Shown piece after piece: positions 12,338 to 20,967 of a stretch of DNA of 64,000 nucleotides (position 1 is its first letter; every line of letters begins with the position of its first letter). The notes under the pieces are model-generated. The model was not told the origin of the DNA. It ran no database searches and saw nothing but the letters and a program-made list of their open reading frames with translations. A program made the position numbers and the translations under genes. The DNA comes from an uncultured Bacteriovoracaceae bacterium (GTDB lineage: Bacteria > Bdellovibrionota > UBA2428): NCBI GenBank assembly GCA_964407615.1, contig CAYOWH010000005.1, positions 7,121 through 71,120 on the forward strand. Reading direction: 5' to 3'.

Positions 12338-13375
12338 TTATTTCTTAAGAGCTCTTTGAGCTCTATCAGCCTTTTTTTTGTTTTGGGCATCAAAAAACAG
12401 CGAGAGAAGTATGGAGGATCCTATCAGTCCTACGATAATTAAAAGTGACCATGATATAGGAAACTTTCCACCATACAGTTCGTTTAAATAAGACATCTTT
12501 AAACCTACAAAAACAAGAACAGATGCTAATCCATATTTTATAAATCTAAAACGATCAATGACAGAGGCAAGCATGAAGTACATCGAGCGAAGTCCAAGGA
12601 TCGCAAAAATATTAGAAGTATAAACAATAAAAGGTTCTTTGGTGATGGCAAAGATTGCGGGGACAGAGTCAACAGCAAAAATAATGTCAGTCAACTCAAG
12701 AAAGAGAAGAGCAATAAAAAGAGGTGTTACGTAGATAAGATTGTTTTGTTTAATGAAGAAACTATCTTTCTCAATAGAAGAATGGATTCTAAATATTTTT
12801 CTTAGAAATCGAATAACAATGTTTTTATCGAGATTTACTTCCTCGGTTCCCGCAAAAAACATTTTGATACCTGTCACGATGAGAAGGACACCAAAGAAAA
12901 CCGCTACCCACTCATATTTGAGAAGAAGAGTGCCGAGGGCAATAAATATAGCTCTAAAAAAGAGAGCACCAAAAATTCCCCAAAATAAAATACGATGCTG
13001 ATAAATTTTAGGAATTCCAAAATAACTAAACACCACGGCAAAAATAAAAATGTTGTCTATTGCCAAAGATTTTTCAATGACAAAACCCGTTAGGAATTCA
13101 AGAGCGAGAGTTTTGGCTTTTGCTTCTGGATTAAAATCTGGAAGTGATAAAAAGCTTGGATCAGTGTTAAATTTCCAAAGAGAGTATTTGTAGAAAAGTA
13201 AGTTAAATACAAAAGCAAGACTTACCCAAACAATTGTCCATGTGGTGGCCTCTTTAATAGAAACAATATGCGCTTTTTTGTGAAAGACTCCTAAGTCGAG
13301 TGCAAGCATTATAAGGACAAAGAGAGTAAAGCCTGCATAAAACATCCAATAATCTGAGAAGGGAAAGTAAATCAT
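12338..13375 (-). CDS. TerC/Alx family integral membrane protein
   Basis: Polytopic 345-aa protein with TerC-type blocks (EKSLAIDNIFIF, LELTDIIFAVDSVPAI, GLRSMYF). Confidence 0.85.
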   Translation of the reverse strand: MIYFPFSDYWMFYAGFTLFVLIMLALDLGVFHKKAHIVSIKEATTWTIVWVSLAFVFNLLFYKYSLWKFNTDPSFLSLPDFNPEAKAKTLALEFLTGFVIEKSLAIDNIFIFAVVFSYFGIPKIYQHRILFWGIFGALFFRAIFIALGTLLLKYEWVAVFFGVLLIVTGIKMFFAGTEEVNLDKNIVIRFLRKIFRIHSSIEKDSFFIKQNNLIYVTPLFIALLFLELTDIIFAVDSVPAIFAITKEPFIVYTSNIFAILGLRSMYFMLASVIDRFRFIKYGLASVLVFVGLKMSYLNELYGGKFPISWSLLIIVGLIGSSILLSLFFDAQNKKKADRAQRALKK

Positions 13376-13494
13376 TTTTTGGCTTCCTCCATAAAACGTG
13401 CCTTAGTCATAATATCGACCTAAAATAACTATACCTAAAATAGATAATAGTTCTAGTTTGTATTGTTTAATGTTATATTAAGGTTTGATCTCTT

Positions 13495-14379
13495 ATGACG
13501 CCCTGGCTTAATTATCATCATCTTTTCTATTTTAAATGTATTGCAGAAGAGGGGAGTGTCTCAGCGGCAGCTGTCAAATTGAGAATAGGTCAGCCTACTT
13601 TAAGTGCGCAATTAAAGCAGTTTGAGGATCAAATAGGAATTCAGTTATTTGAGCGTAAAAACAAAAAGTTGATCCTAACAGAACAAGGTAAAATCGCTTT
13701 CGATTATTCTAAGAATATTTTCAAGTTGGGCTCTGAGATGTATGAGGTCCTTCATCAACGAATGATGCCTCTTAAAAACACCCTCCATATTGGTGCTTTG
13801 GATTCAATTCCCAAGCAAGTGATTGTTCAGCTAACAAAACATGCTTATAAGATTGCACCCTGCCAAATCACTTTAACGGAGGGAAGTTCTGATTCGTTGC
13901 TTCGTGAGCTTTCTCAGCATCGTATAGATCTTATGATCACAGACTATGTGCCCGCGGGTGTTGATGCAAAGGGTCTTTTGCCCAAGTCCATTAGCAAGAA
14001 AAATGTTGCATTTTTTGGAGCACAAAAGTTTGTTGGTCTTCGTAAGAATTTCCCAAATTCTATTTCTGATGTCCCGATCATATTTCCTACATATGACAGT
14101 CGCATGCGACAAGACTTGGATCACTGGGCTAAAACTCACAAAGTAAGTTTAAATATCATTGCTGAAAGCCAAGACATATCAGTTAAAAAACTAATGGCGA
14201 TAAGTGGGATGGGTTTGATCGCAGCTGGGACTCATACGGTTACTCGCCAGTTACTCGGCGGAGAGCTTGTTGAAATTGCAAAGCTTCGAAATGTTACTGA
14301 GGAGCTTTTTTTGATTGCAGCACAGAGAAAAATAGAAAACATGGTTGCTATGAAAGTCATGTCAACTTTTAGTATATAG
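13495..14379 (+). CDS. LysR-family transcriptional regulator, NhaR-like
   Basis: N-terminal wHTH LNYHHLFYFKCIAEEGSVSAAAVKLRIGQPTLSAQLKQFE resembles the NhaR subgroup. Length is 294 aa. It is divergent from terC. Confidence 0.85.
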   Translation: MTPWLNYHHLFYFKCIAEEGSVSAAAVKLRIGQPTLSAQLKQFEDQIGIQLFERKNKKLILTEQGKIAFDYSKNIFKLGSEMYEVLHQRMMPLKNTLHIGALDSIPKQVIVQLTKHAYKIAPCQITLTEGSSDSLLRELSQHRIDLMITDYVPAGVDAKGLLPKSISKKNVAFFGAQKFVGLRKNFPNSISDVPIIFPTYDSRMRQDLDHWAKTHKVSLNIIAESQDISVKKLMAISGMGLIAAGTHTVTRQLLGGELVEIAKLRNVTEELFLIAAQRKIENMVAMKVMSTFSI

Positions 14380-14470
14380 TTTAAAACAATATATTTTATA
14401 TTAATTATCTATTTTTACAATTTAACGAATTCCCTTAGATTGTTTTTATCTGTTGAGTAAAGGGGGTTGT

Positions 14471-14830
14471 ATGAAAATTGTATTTAAAAACTTAGAAAAA
14501 TCAGAAATTGCAAAAGATGCTGTTCGTGAAAGAATTTCAGAACTTATTGAGAAATTTAATGACTTGAAAAAATCAAATGTCCTCGTAACTTTAGAAATGC
14601 ATAATTCTCCTCAGCAAGCAGGACCAGATTCTTTTTCTATATGCTTAAGATTGAGTGGTGGTAAGTACGACGGTGTGAGTCTAACGAAATATTCACAAAG
14701 TCTTTATGTTGCACTTGCTGATTTAATAGAGCATGCTCTGGAGATCTTGAATCGCTATTCAGATAAGAAAAGAGTTGTTCAGAGAAGTGTGCATCGAAAA
14801 TTTCTTTTAAAAAACAAACAGCCTATTTGA
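14471..14830 (+). CDS. HPF/RaiA (YfiA)-family ribosome-associated protein (putative)
   Basis: Collinear resemblance to short HPF: MKIVFKN.E.S...K..V.E....L.KF, VLVTLEM, LRLSGGKY, and LY.A.D.L......L....DKKR. The ATG at 14471 is preceded by AAGGGGG. Confidence 0.5.
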   Translation: MKIVFKNLEKSEIAKDAVRERISELIEKFNDLKKSNVLVTLEMHNSPQQAGPDSFSICLRLSGGKYDGVSLTKYSQSLYVALADLIEHALEILNRYSDKKRVVQRSVHRKFLLKNKQPI

Positions 14831-14867
14831 TAAGGTTAAGTTTTTTTAAATTTGGAGGAGAACGTAT

Positions 14868-15572
14868 ATGGCATCAGGAACAGATAACTTAAATCCGATA
14901 TCGGCAATTGAAAGGTTGAAAGAGGGCAATGAGCGTTTTGTAAGTGGGTTAAGATCCGTAGACTCTATGCTTGCTCATATGAAAATGCCCGAGCTTGCTT
15001 CTCGTGGGCAAAAACCTTTTGCTATTATTTTGACCTGTTCTGATTCAAGAAGTCCTGTTGAAATGATTTTTGATCAGGGTTTAGGTGATCTTTTTGTTGT
15101 AAGAGTCGCGGGCAATGTCGTTGCTCCTAGTCTTTTAGCAAGTATGGAATTTGCTGTTTTAAATTTTCATTCTCCCGCTATTCTTGTTTTGGGTCATACA
15201 TTATGTGGAGCGATTAAGGCCGCAACTTGCCACGTGAGCAAGCCCCATGATGCGCTTCCTTCTCAGCACCTTGAAGAATTAGTGAGTCGCATAAAGCCTT
15301 CGATTGATGAAACGCTTAAAGACTGTTCTCTTCAAAGTGAAGATTTTTTAAAGAGAGCAACTATTTCTAATATTTTAAGAAGTCAAAAACTTATCTATCA
15401 ATCTAGTAAAATCATTCAGAACGCAATTGAAGAAAATCGCTTAACAATTGAATCAGCTCTCCTGGATATTTCAACGGGTAAAGTTGATTTTTTAACAAAT
15501 AACGTTGAGAGGACTAGTTTTAAAAACAATTCCACTCCATCTTTAAATCATCATCACTATGTATCGCCTTGA
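14868..15572 (+). CDS. Beta-class carbonic anhydrase
   Basis: Zinc-ligand motifs LTCSDSR and GHTLCGA, plus VVRVAGN, are typical of beta-CA. Confidence 0.88.
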   Translation: MASGTDNLNPISAIERLKEGNERFVSGLRSVDSMLAHMKMPELASRGQKPFAIILTCSDSRSPVEMIFDQGLGDLFVVRVAGNVVAPSLLASMEFAVLNFHSPAILVLGHTLCGAIKAATCHVSKPHDALPSQHLEELVSRIKPSIDETLKDCSLQSEDFLKRATISNILRSQKLIYQSSKIIQNAIEENRLTIESALLDISTGKVDFLTNNVERTSFKNNSTPSLNHHHYVSP

Positions 15573-16344
15573 AAGACAAGACTTTGTTCAGCCGCAGTTT
15601 GTATCGTTGTTTTCGCTTCTTAGTTTTCAATCAGGCTTTTTAAATGCTTTTGGTTTTGTAGCTTGTGGAAGATATGTCTCTCACGTCACAGGATTTGGTA
15701 CGCAAATAGGTTCAGCGATTGCCACTGAAAAAGCAATGCTTGCTTTGGAACTTATAGGGTTTCCTCTTTCCTATGTTTTGGGTTCTTTTGTGAGTGGTTT
15801 TATTACAGTAGCAAAAATTGAAAAGAAAATGAAACCACGTTTTAATATCGTCGTTGGGTTATTTCCGTTGCTTATTCTTGGTCTTACTTTTTTGGGAATG
15901 ATGGGATTTTTTGGCCCTTTTGGACAGGATTTTTTAAGTTTTAGAGATTTCTTGCTCTTGTATTCTCTTACTTTTGCTTGCGGTATGCAGAATGGATGTT
16001 TTGCAACGCTTACCAAAGGTCAAATTAGAACAACTCACTTGACGGGAATCGTGACAGATATTGGTACAGATTTATCCCGACTATGTTTTGGAAAGCTTTC
16101 TGAAGAAGAAAGGGAGCTTACCAAAAAAACAAACTTTTCAAGGATCATGACTTTTCTTTCTTTTACAATTGGTTCGATTGTATCAGTGACTGTAGCTCCC
16201 TTTTGGGGTTTTTTGTCTCTTGCGGTTCCCTTATTTACATCGCTTGTTGTTTTTGTATCCGTTTGTATTGTAAGTAAGATGCTCGATAAAAGGTTTTCTA
16301 GCGAAATCATTTCAGTTGATGAAAAAAATTTACAAACGATTTAA
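15559..16344 (+). CDS. YoaK/DUF1275 family membrane protein
   Basis: Polytopic protein with FQSGFLNAFGF...GRYVSHVTG and GMQNG..ATLTKGQIRTTHLTG blocks characteristic of DUF1275. It overlaps the CA gene by 14 nt. Confidence 0.7.
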   Translation: MYRLERQDFVQPQFVSLFSLLSFQSGFLNAFGFVACGRYVSHVTGFGTQIGSAIATEKAMLALELIGFPLSYVLGSFVSGFITVAKIEKKMKPRFNIVVGLFPLLILGLTFLGMMGFFGPFGQDFLSFRDFLLLYSLTFACGMQNGCFATLTKGQIRTTHLTGIVTDIGTDLSRLCFGKLSEEERELTKKTNFSRIMTFLSFTIGSIVSVTVAPFWGFLSLAVPLFTSLVVFVSVCIVSKMLDKRFSSEIISVDEKNLQTI

Positions 16345-17600
16345 GTTTTTGGTGTTAGACCATCGAGCAGACTTTTTCGATAGGCTGCATAGGCAGGTAT
16401 AATTCCCACGCTGATTGCAGCCCCTAAAATAAGTGCCAAAAAATAAAGTTCTTTTATTGATAACATTTCAAGGGGAAGAAAAATTCCAAATCGATTCATC
16501 GTCCATGGTCTTGCAAAGTAAACAAATGAGTAAAGAAATGTTATTCCCAAGATTGATCCAAAAACGACGAGTGTCAGTGATTCGAATAGAAAGAGAAATA
16601 ATATTTTTAAAGGACTGAGTCCCAGTGCTCTGAGTATAGCCATTTCTCTTCTTCGCTCGTTCAGGCTTGAGTAGAGAACTAAAGCTAAACCAAGAAGACT
16701 CACAAGGGCGACGCAGGCGGAGATCCCCTTTAGGGCTTTTTCAGCATAACTTAAAGTGTTCCAGAGTTTGGAAAGAACAACACCCGGAATGGCAGCCATA
16801 AGTGGCTCTTTTTCAAAAGTGTTAATTTCTCTTTGGAGCCTGAGAGTTTCAATTCGATTTTTTGTGCGAAGTAAAAAAGATGTGATTTGCTTAGTTTTGA
16901 GAGAGTCTTTTTTTATTTTTGAAGCAGGAGTTCCTTCTTCCATAGGTGGGGCGCCGTCTTTCCAGTCTATATGTAGGGCTTCCATGCCCTCTAACGTAAT
17001 AAAAAGAGCGCGATCGATAGGAGTTGCTGTAGGCTCAAGAATTCCCACGATTCTAAAAGGCTTGTCGCTATGTTTTACAAGGCTTACCTCTGAGATCCCA
17101 TGACTCAGTACTACGGGGTCGCCTACTTTGTAGTTTAGTTTTTGGGAAATTTCTGATCCTAAAACAACGTCAAAAACATCTTTTGCTGGAATGCCTGTCG
17201 AAAATTTTAAAAATTTATCACCTTGATAACGGTAATGTTTATAGAGATTTTCGTCGCTAGCAATAACTCTATGTCCTTTGTGGCTGTCACCAAGTGAGAT
17301 AGGAATAGTCCACTCGACAGCTGAATGATTTTTGAAGTTTTCATAACTTTCAAAAGAAATGTTATTTGTTGCATCTCCCATATGAAAAACAGTGTAAAGC
17401 AAGAGTTGTATATCAGATCCCCTTGCACCCACAACAAGGTCTGTTTGGCTGAGAGTATGAGAAAAACCCTCTTTGGCACTACTTCGTATTCTTTCAACAC
17501 CTAAAACAAGAAATACGCTAAGGGCTATTGAAAAAAGAGTGATAGTTGTTGCAACGATTCTGTTTTTAAGAGAACGATATGCCAAAAAAAGAAGAGTCAT
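16341..17600 (-). CDS. ABC transporter permease, FtsX/MacB-type (ZrgC-like)
   Basis: N-terminal TM, large periplasmic domain and a C-terminal 3-TM FtsX-type bundle (RRREMAILRALG). The start overlaps the upstream ATPase stop by 4 nt. Confidence 0.8.
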   Translation of the reverse strand: MTLLFLAYRSLKNRIVATTITLFSIALSVFLVLGVERIRSSAKEGFSHTLSQTDLVVGARGSDIQLLLYTVFHMGDATNNISFESYENFKNHSAVEWTIPISLGDSHKGHRVIASDENLYKHYRYQGDKFLKFSTGIPAKDVFDVVLGSEISQKLNYKVGDPVVLSHGISEVSLVKHSDKPFRIVGILEPTATPIDRALFITLEGMEALHIDWKDGAPPMEEGTPASKIKKDSLKTKQITSFLLRTKNRIETLRLQREINTFEKEPLMAAIPGVVLSKLWNTLSYAEKALKGISACVALVSLLGLALVLYSSLNERRREMAILRALGLSPLKILFLFLFESLTLVVFGSILGITFLYSFVYFARPWTMNRFGIFLPLEMLSIKELYFLALILGAAISVGIIPAYAAYRKSLLDGLTPKT

Positions 17601-18289
17601 GAATTAGCCTCTTGGGATAGAAGGTTGATTTGAGACATTTCTATTGTTTTGTCAAAGAAGCTAGAGAGTGTTGGATCGTGACTTACAAAAAGTAGAGTAG
17701 TTTCTTTTTTTTCACATTCACCCATAAGGAGTTTTATGAAGTTTTCTCTTTGATTGTAATCAAGTGAAGAGGTGGGTTCATCAGCTATGATAAATTGAGG
17801 AGATCCTATGAGTGCTCTCGCTGCAGCAACTCTTTGTTGCTGGCCAACGCTCAGCTCGCTTGTAGTTTTGTTAAGAAGATTTTCAATAGAAAGGGCTTGA
17901 GCTAATCTTTGTGCTTCTTGTCCGGGCGAAAGTGAGCCTAATTTCTTTAAGCGATTAGGGTGAATTCGACATGGAAGGGTAATGTTGTGGAGAACACTTA
18001 AGTAAGGGATGAGGTTAAAAAGCTGAAAGATGTATCCCATGTTTTCTCCGCGGAGAGAGTCTTTTTGAGATTGAGTCAGGTGCTCTAAGTTTTTATTTAG
18101 AACGCTGATTTCTCCTTTTTGAGGAGTCAGTATTCCCGTAATTAAGCTTAAAAGTGTAGATTTTCCGCTTCCACTGTTTCCTTTTAAAAAAACTTTCTCA
18201 CCTTTTTTGAGATCAAAAGATGTAATTTTTAAAAGAGAAGAATTTTTTTTGAAGGAAAACTCTAGATCCCTAATCCGTAAAGTGTTCAT
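17597..18289 (-). CDS. ABC transporter ATP-binding protein (ZrgB/LolD-like)
   Basis: Walker A GNSGSGKST, signature LSVGQQQR and Walker B FIIADEPT. Confidence 0.9.
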   Translation of the reverse strand: MNTLRIRDLEFSFKKNSSLLKITSFDLKKGEKVFLKGNSGSGKSTLLSLITGILTPQKGEISVLNKNLEHLTQSQKDSLRGENMGYIFQLFNLIPYLSVLHNITLPCRIHPNRLKKLGSLSPGQEAQRLAQALSIENLLNKTTSELSVGQQQRVAAARALIGSPQFIIADEPTSSLDYNQRENFIKLLMGECEKKETTLLFVSHDPTLSSFFDKTIEMSQINLLSQEANS

Positions 18290-18834
18290 TAAAGCTTTAT
18301 AATTCCTATTCCTTTTTCGAGTTCAGAGGCAGATTGTTTTTGGTCGCTTAAAATTTGTACATCAAGATCTTCAATTTTTGGAAATTTTTTACCTAAATTT
18401 ATTTGAAGATTTGTTTGGGTAAGATCTTTTTCACACGTAAAAGTAAAGAGAGCTTCGACTTCTGAATGGTTGCTTTTAGATTGATCTTTTTTGACTTCAA
18501 CTTTTGTTGAATTGATCAAGCAATTTTTTTCTTTAGGAAAAACAAAAAGTTGCGATGATGGATTTTTTAGAATTTCTAGAGAATCTTCTTTAGTCTTTTT
18601 GTCTGATGCAGATTTTGCTTCGTGCTCAAATCCAAAAATGTTATTGGCAGGTGATTCAAGAAGTAGAGTTCCTTTTTTTGAGCTTTCAAGTGCAATGCTT
18701 AGGGTAGCGCTGCCGTGCACGTGTGCTTTGTGATCATGCTTGATTTTTTCGCGAGTATTAGATTTTTGATTGGCATAGCTAACAGAGAAAAAAGTAAGAG
18801 ATAAGATCAAATGGTGGTGTCGAGGGTTTTTCAT
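18289..18834 (-). CDS. Periplasmic His-rich DUF2796/ZrgA-like putative metal-binding protein
   Basis: Signal peptide, then HDHKAHVHGSATLSIALE...LLLESPANNIFGFEHEAKS, which matches my recollection of the DUF2796 pattern (H.HG...L.I....L.I.L.sPa.N..GFEH). It is immediately upstream of, and translationally coupled to, the ATPase/permease pair, as in zrgABC. Confidence 0.5.
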   Translation of the reverse strand: MKNPRHHHLILSLTFFSVSYANQKSNTREKIKHDHKAHVHGSATLSIALESSKKGTLLLESPANNIFGFEHEAKSASDKKTKEDSLEILKNPSSQLFVFPKEKNCLINSTKVEVKKDQSKSNHSEVEALFTFTCEKDLTQTNLQINLGKKFPKIEDLDVQILSDQKQSASELEKGIGIIKL

Positions 18835-18882
18835 CTGAAAGAATCTAGCACGAATTATATCTTTAATTAAGTACTAAACTGA

Positions 18883-19683
18883 TCAGTGTTTGTGGCCATC
18901 ACCTGAAAAATGGGAGTGGCCTCCTTCGTCAAGAAAACGTTCTTTTTTTAGAGGAAATTTACCAAATGGGTTATCTGAGAATTTTTTTTCAAAAAAGTCT
19001 CCTACAAGTCCATAGGCTTGTAGTTTCGAATCGCTTTGCGTAGATACGGCGAGTCCTCTGCCTTCTTTAAATTCACTTTTGACGGAAATATCCGTAGAAG
19101 ATTTTGTAATAAGGTTGATTTTATATTTAAGGTTTTTGTCGTCTAAAAAGTCAAAGAGAAGAGTTCCTTTGGCGCTGTTTATCTTAACTCTAGAAAGTTG
19201 TGAAGGGTGTTTCCCTTTTTCAGCTAAATCTTCTTTTATTTTTTTTCCAAGAACACCATTTAAAAAAATTGGATCAAGCGGAGTTAGTGAGAGACGGGTG
19301 GCCTCGGGCAAAGCCTCTAAGACTGCTTTAAGAGATGTTGTTTCTCCACTTTTTTGTATCTTTTGAGTAAGGGCAAGAAGTCGTTCGTTTGCTTTTCTGG
19401 AAATTGATATTTCTTTTTCTCTTTCTGAAAGAGTTCCTCGTTTTGTTTTTTTAAATAAAATCCATTCATTACCAGTCATTGTGATTTCTTGATTGAGCAT
19501 TTGTTCGTCGATCATGTCTAAGGGGAGGAGTTCGAGAGGCTTGTAAACTTCTGGATGTATTCGATGGTAAAGATTGATTGCCGCCATGTAATCTTGCCAC
19601 AGTGGATGCTTGAGAAAGTTTGTTCCAGCAAAGCCACGGGCAAGGCTTAATAGTATAGCGGCGTATAAAAAAAGCGATCTCAT
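18883..19683 (-). CDS. Secreted hypothetical protein with C-terminal His-rich tail (first gene of the Zrg-like cluster)
   Basis: Signal peptide MRSLFLYAAILLSLARGFAG. The C-terminus is GGHSHFSGDGHKH. No known family recognised. Confidence 0.5.
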   Translation of the reverse strand: MRSLFLYAAILLSLARGFAGTNFLKHPLWQDYMAAINLYHRIHPEVYKPLELLPLDMIDEQMLNQEITMTGNEWILFKKTKRGTLSEREKEISISRKANERLLALTQKIQKSGETTSLKAVLEALPEATRLSLTPLDPIFLNGVLGKKIKEDLAEKGKHPSQLSRVKINSAKGTLLFDFLDDKNLKYKINLITKSSTDISVKSEFKEGRGLAVSTQSDSKLQAYGLVGDFFEKKFSDNPFGKFPLKKERFLDEGGHSHFSGDGHKH

Positions 19684-19805
19684 TTTTTTATTATCCTATG
19701 AAGTGAAAGTTTTTGTTAGTCATATAGATGAATTTTGTTTTGTTTAATTTGATTTTTAAAAATGCTTTATTGACCTTTCAATAAAAAGGAGTCGTAATAT
19801 ATTTT

Positions 19806-20492
19806 ATGAAGAAGTTTTGCCAAAACTTAGCTCAAAACGAAGCGTTTCAGGCTTTTATCTTGTTCCTGATCTTATTGACAGCAGTTCTTATGGGGCTTGA
19901 AACCATACCAGATTTAGTTGATCGCTTTGAAAGTTTTTTCTTTTTCATAAATTATTTTAGTCAGTGGATTTTTGCTTTTGAAATTTGTGTTCGTATTATA
20001 GCCTATGCTCCACGGATTAATAAATTTTTTAAGGATTCTTGGAATACTTTTGATTTTTTAATTGTAGGCGCTTCTTTTATTCCAGGAATTGGTTCTTTTG
20101 CTCTCATTGCACGTTTGTTGAGAGTTCTTCGTTTGCTAAGAGTGTTTTCAGTTTCAGATCGTTTGCGAGGCTTTGTGGATCGAATGAAAGAGTCGTTTGA
20201 TGAAGTCGCTTACGCAGGTTTGATCGCTATTATTCTTGGTTATATCTTTACAATCACAGGGTTTTATCTTTTTTCTCAAATAGATGCACCTCATTGGGGC
20301 ACTTTAAGTGAGTCTTTTCGAAGTGTTTTTTATATGTTGCTTCTCCAGGATGTTCAGCGATTTGTTGAGCCTGTGGTGAGTGTTTCTAAGGGATATTTTA
20401 TTTTCTTTTTACTTTTTTATTTTGTTTTTATATCGCTTTTTATGAGTGTTTTAAGTGCTGCAATTATTCAATCCGTTAAGGAGGAAAAATGA
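19806..20492 (+). CDS. Voltage-gated ion channel superfamily protein (BacNav-like 6-TM architecture, non-canonical pore)
   Basis: S4-type segment ARLLRVLRLLRVFSV, and six predicted TM helices in 228 aa. The pore-loop region WGTLSESFRSVFYMLLLQDVQR aligns with BacNav FQVMTLESW. AAGGAG lies upstream of the ATG. Confidence 0.75.
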   Translation: MKKFCQNLAQNEAFQAFILFLILLTAVLMGLETIPDLVDRFESFFFFINYFSQWIFAFEICVRIIAYAPRINKFFKDSWNTFDFLIVGASFIPGIGSFALIARLLRVLRLLRVFSVSDRLRGFVDRMKESFDEVAYAGLIAIILGYIFTITGFYLFSQIDAPHWGTLSESFRSVFYMLLLQDVQRFVEPVVSVSKGYFIFFLLFYFVFISLFMSVLSAAIIQSVKEEK

Positions 20493-20947
20493 TTAAGAAT
20501 CCTTTCTTCGCATGGTGTTCTTTGATACTTTTTATGTTTTTCGCTCACTATTCAATTGATAGGTTTTTGTTTTTAAAAACAGCAGTTCATACATCAGGAA
20601 CTGTTGTTGGTTTATCGTCTCAAAACGGTCGTTGTGGATACAGGCGTTCGAGATATGATTGTACCAGATACGATGCGAGTGTTGATTTTATTGGGCAAAA
20701 CAAAAAAAAGTATAGTTTGCTCGCGTCTGCTGGCAGTAGAAGAGGTCACAATGTACCTGTTGAAGAGGCTACTAAAAAAATAAATGACTCTGTTCCAGTC
20801 GTCTATGATCCTGAAAACCCATTCAAATCATTTGTAGATGAATTTTGGGATATTTGGAGTACGCCCGTTGTGTTGTTTTTTTTGATGCTTGTTTTTTTTA
20901 CAATGAGTATAAGTGAATTAAAGCGAAGAGACGAAATTGGTTGGTAA
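20489..20947 (+). CDS. DUF3592-family membrane protein
   Basis: N-terminal TM, GTVVGL...Y....VDF...K.Y......VPVVYDPENP, then a C-terminal TM: the typical DUF3592 layout. An ATGA overlap joins it to the channel gene. Confidence 0.55.
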   Translation: MIKNPFFAWCSLILFMFFAHYSIDRFLFLKTAVHTSGTVVGLSSQNGRCGYRRSRYDCTRYDASVDFIGQNKKKYSLLASAGSRRGHNVPVEEATKKINDSVPVVYDPENPFKSFVDEFWDIWSTPVVLFFLMLVFFTMSISELKRRDEIGW

Positions 20948-20967
20948 AAAAAATTATTGACGTGAAT

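Noticed and set aside
13376-13494. Possible yybP-ykoY Mn riboswitch upstream of terC
   Set aside because: terC genes are often preceded by this riboswitch. The 119-nt leader is AT-rich and lacks the conserved G-rich blocks that I remember. An Infernal scan would be decisive.
19684-19805. Zur/Fur-type operator upstream of the Zrg-like cluster
   Set aside because: I found no convincing AT-rich palindrome resembling known Zur boxes. The only strong inverted repeat (19766..19785) is positioned for the divergent channel gene.
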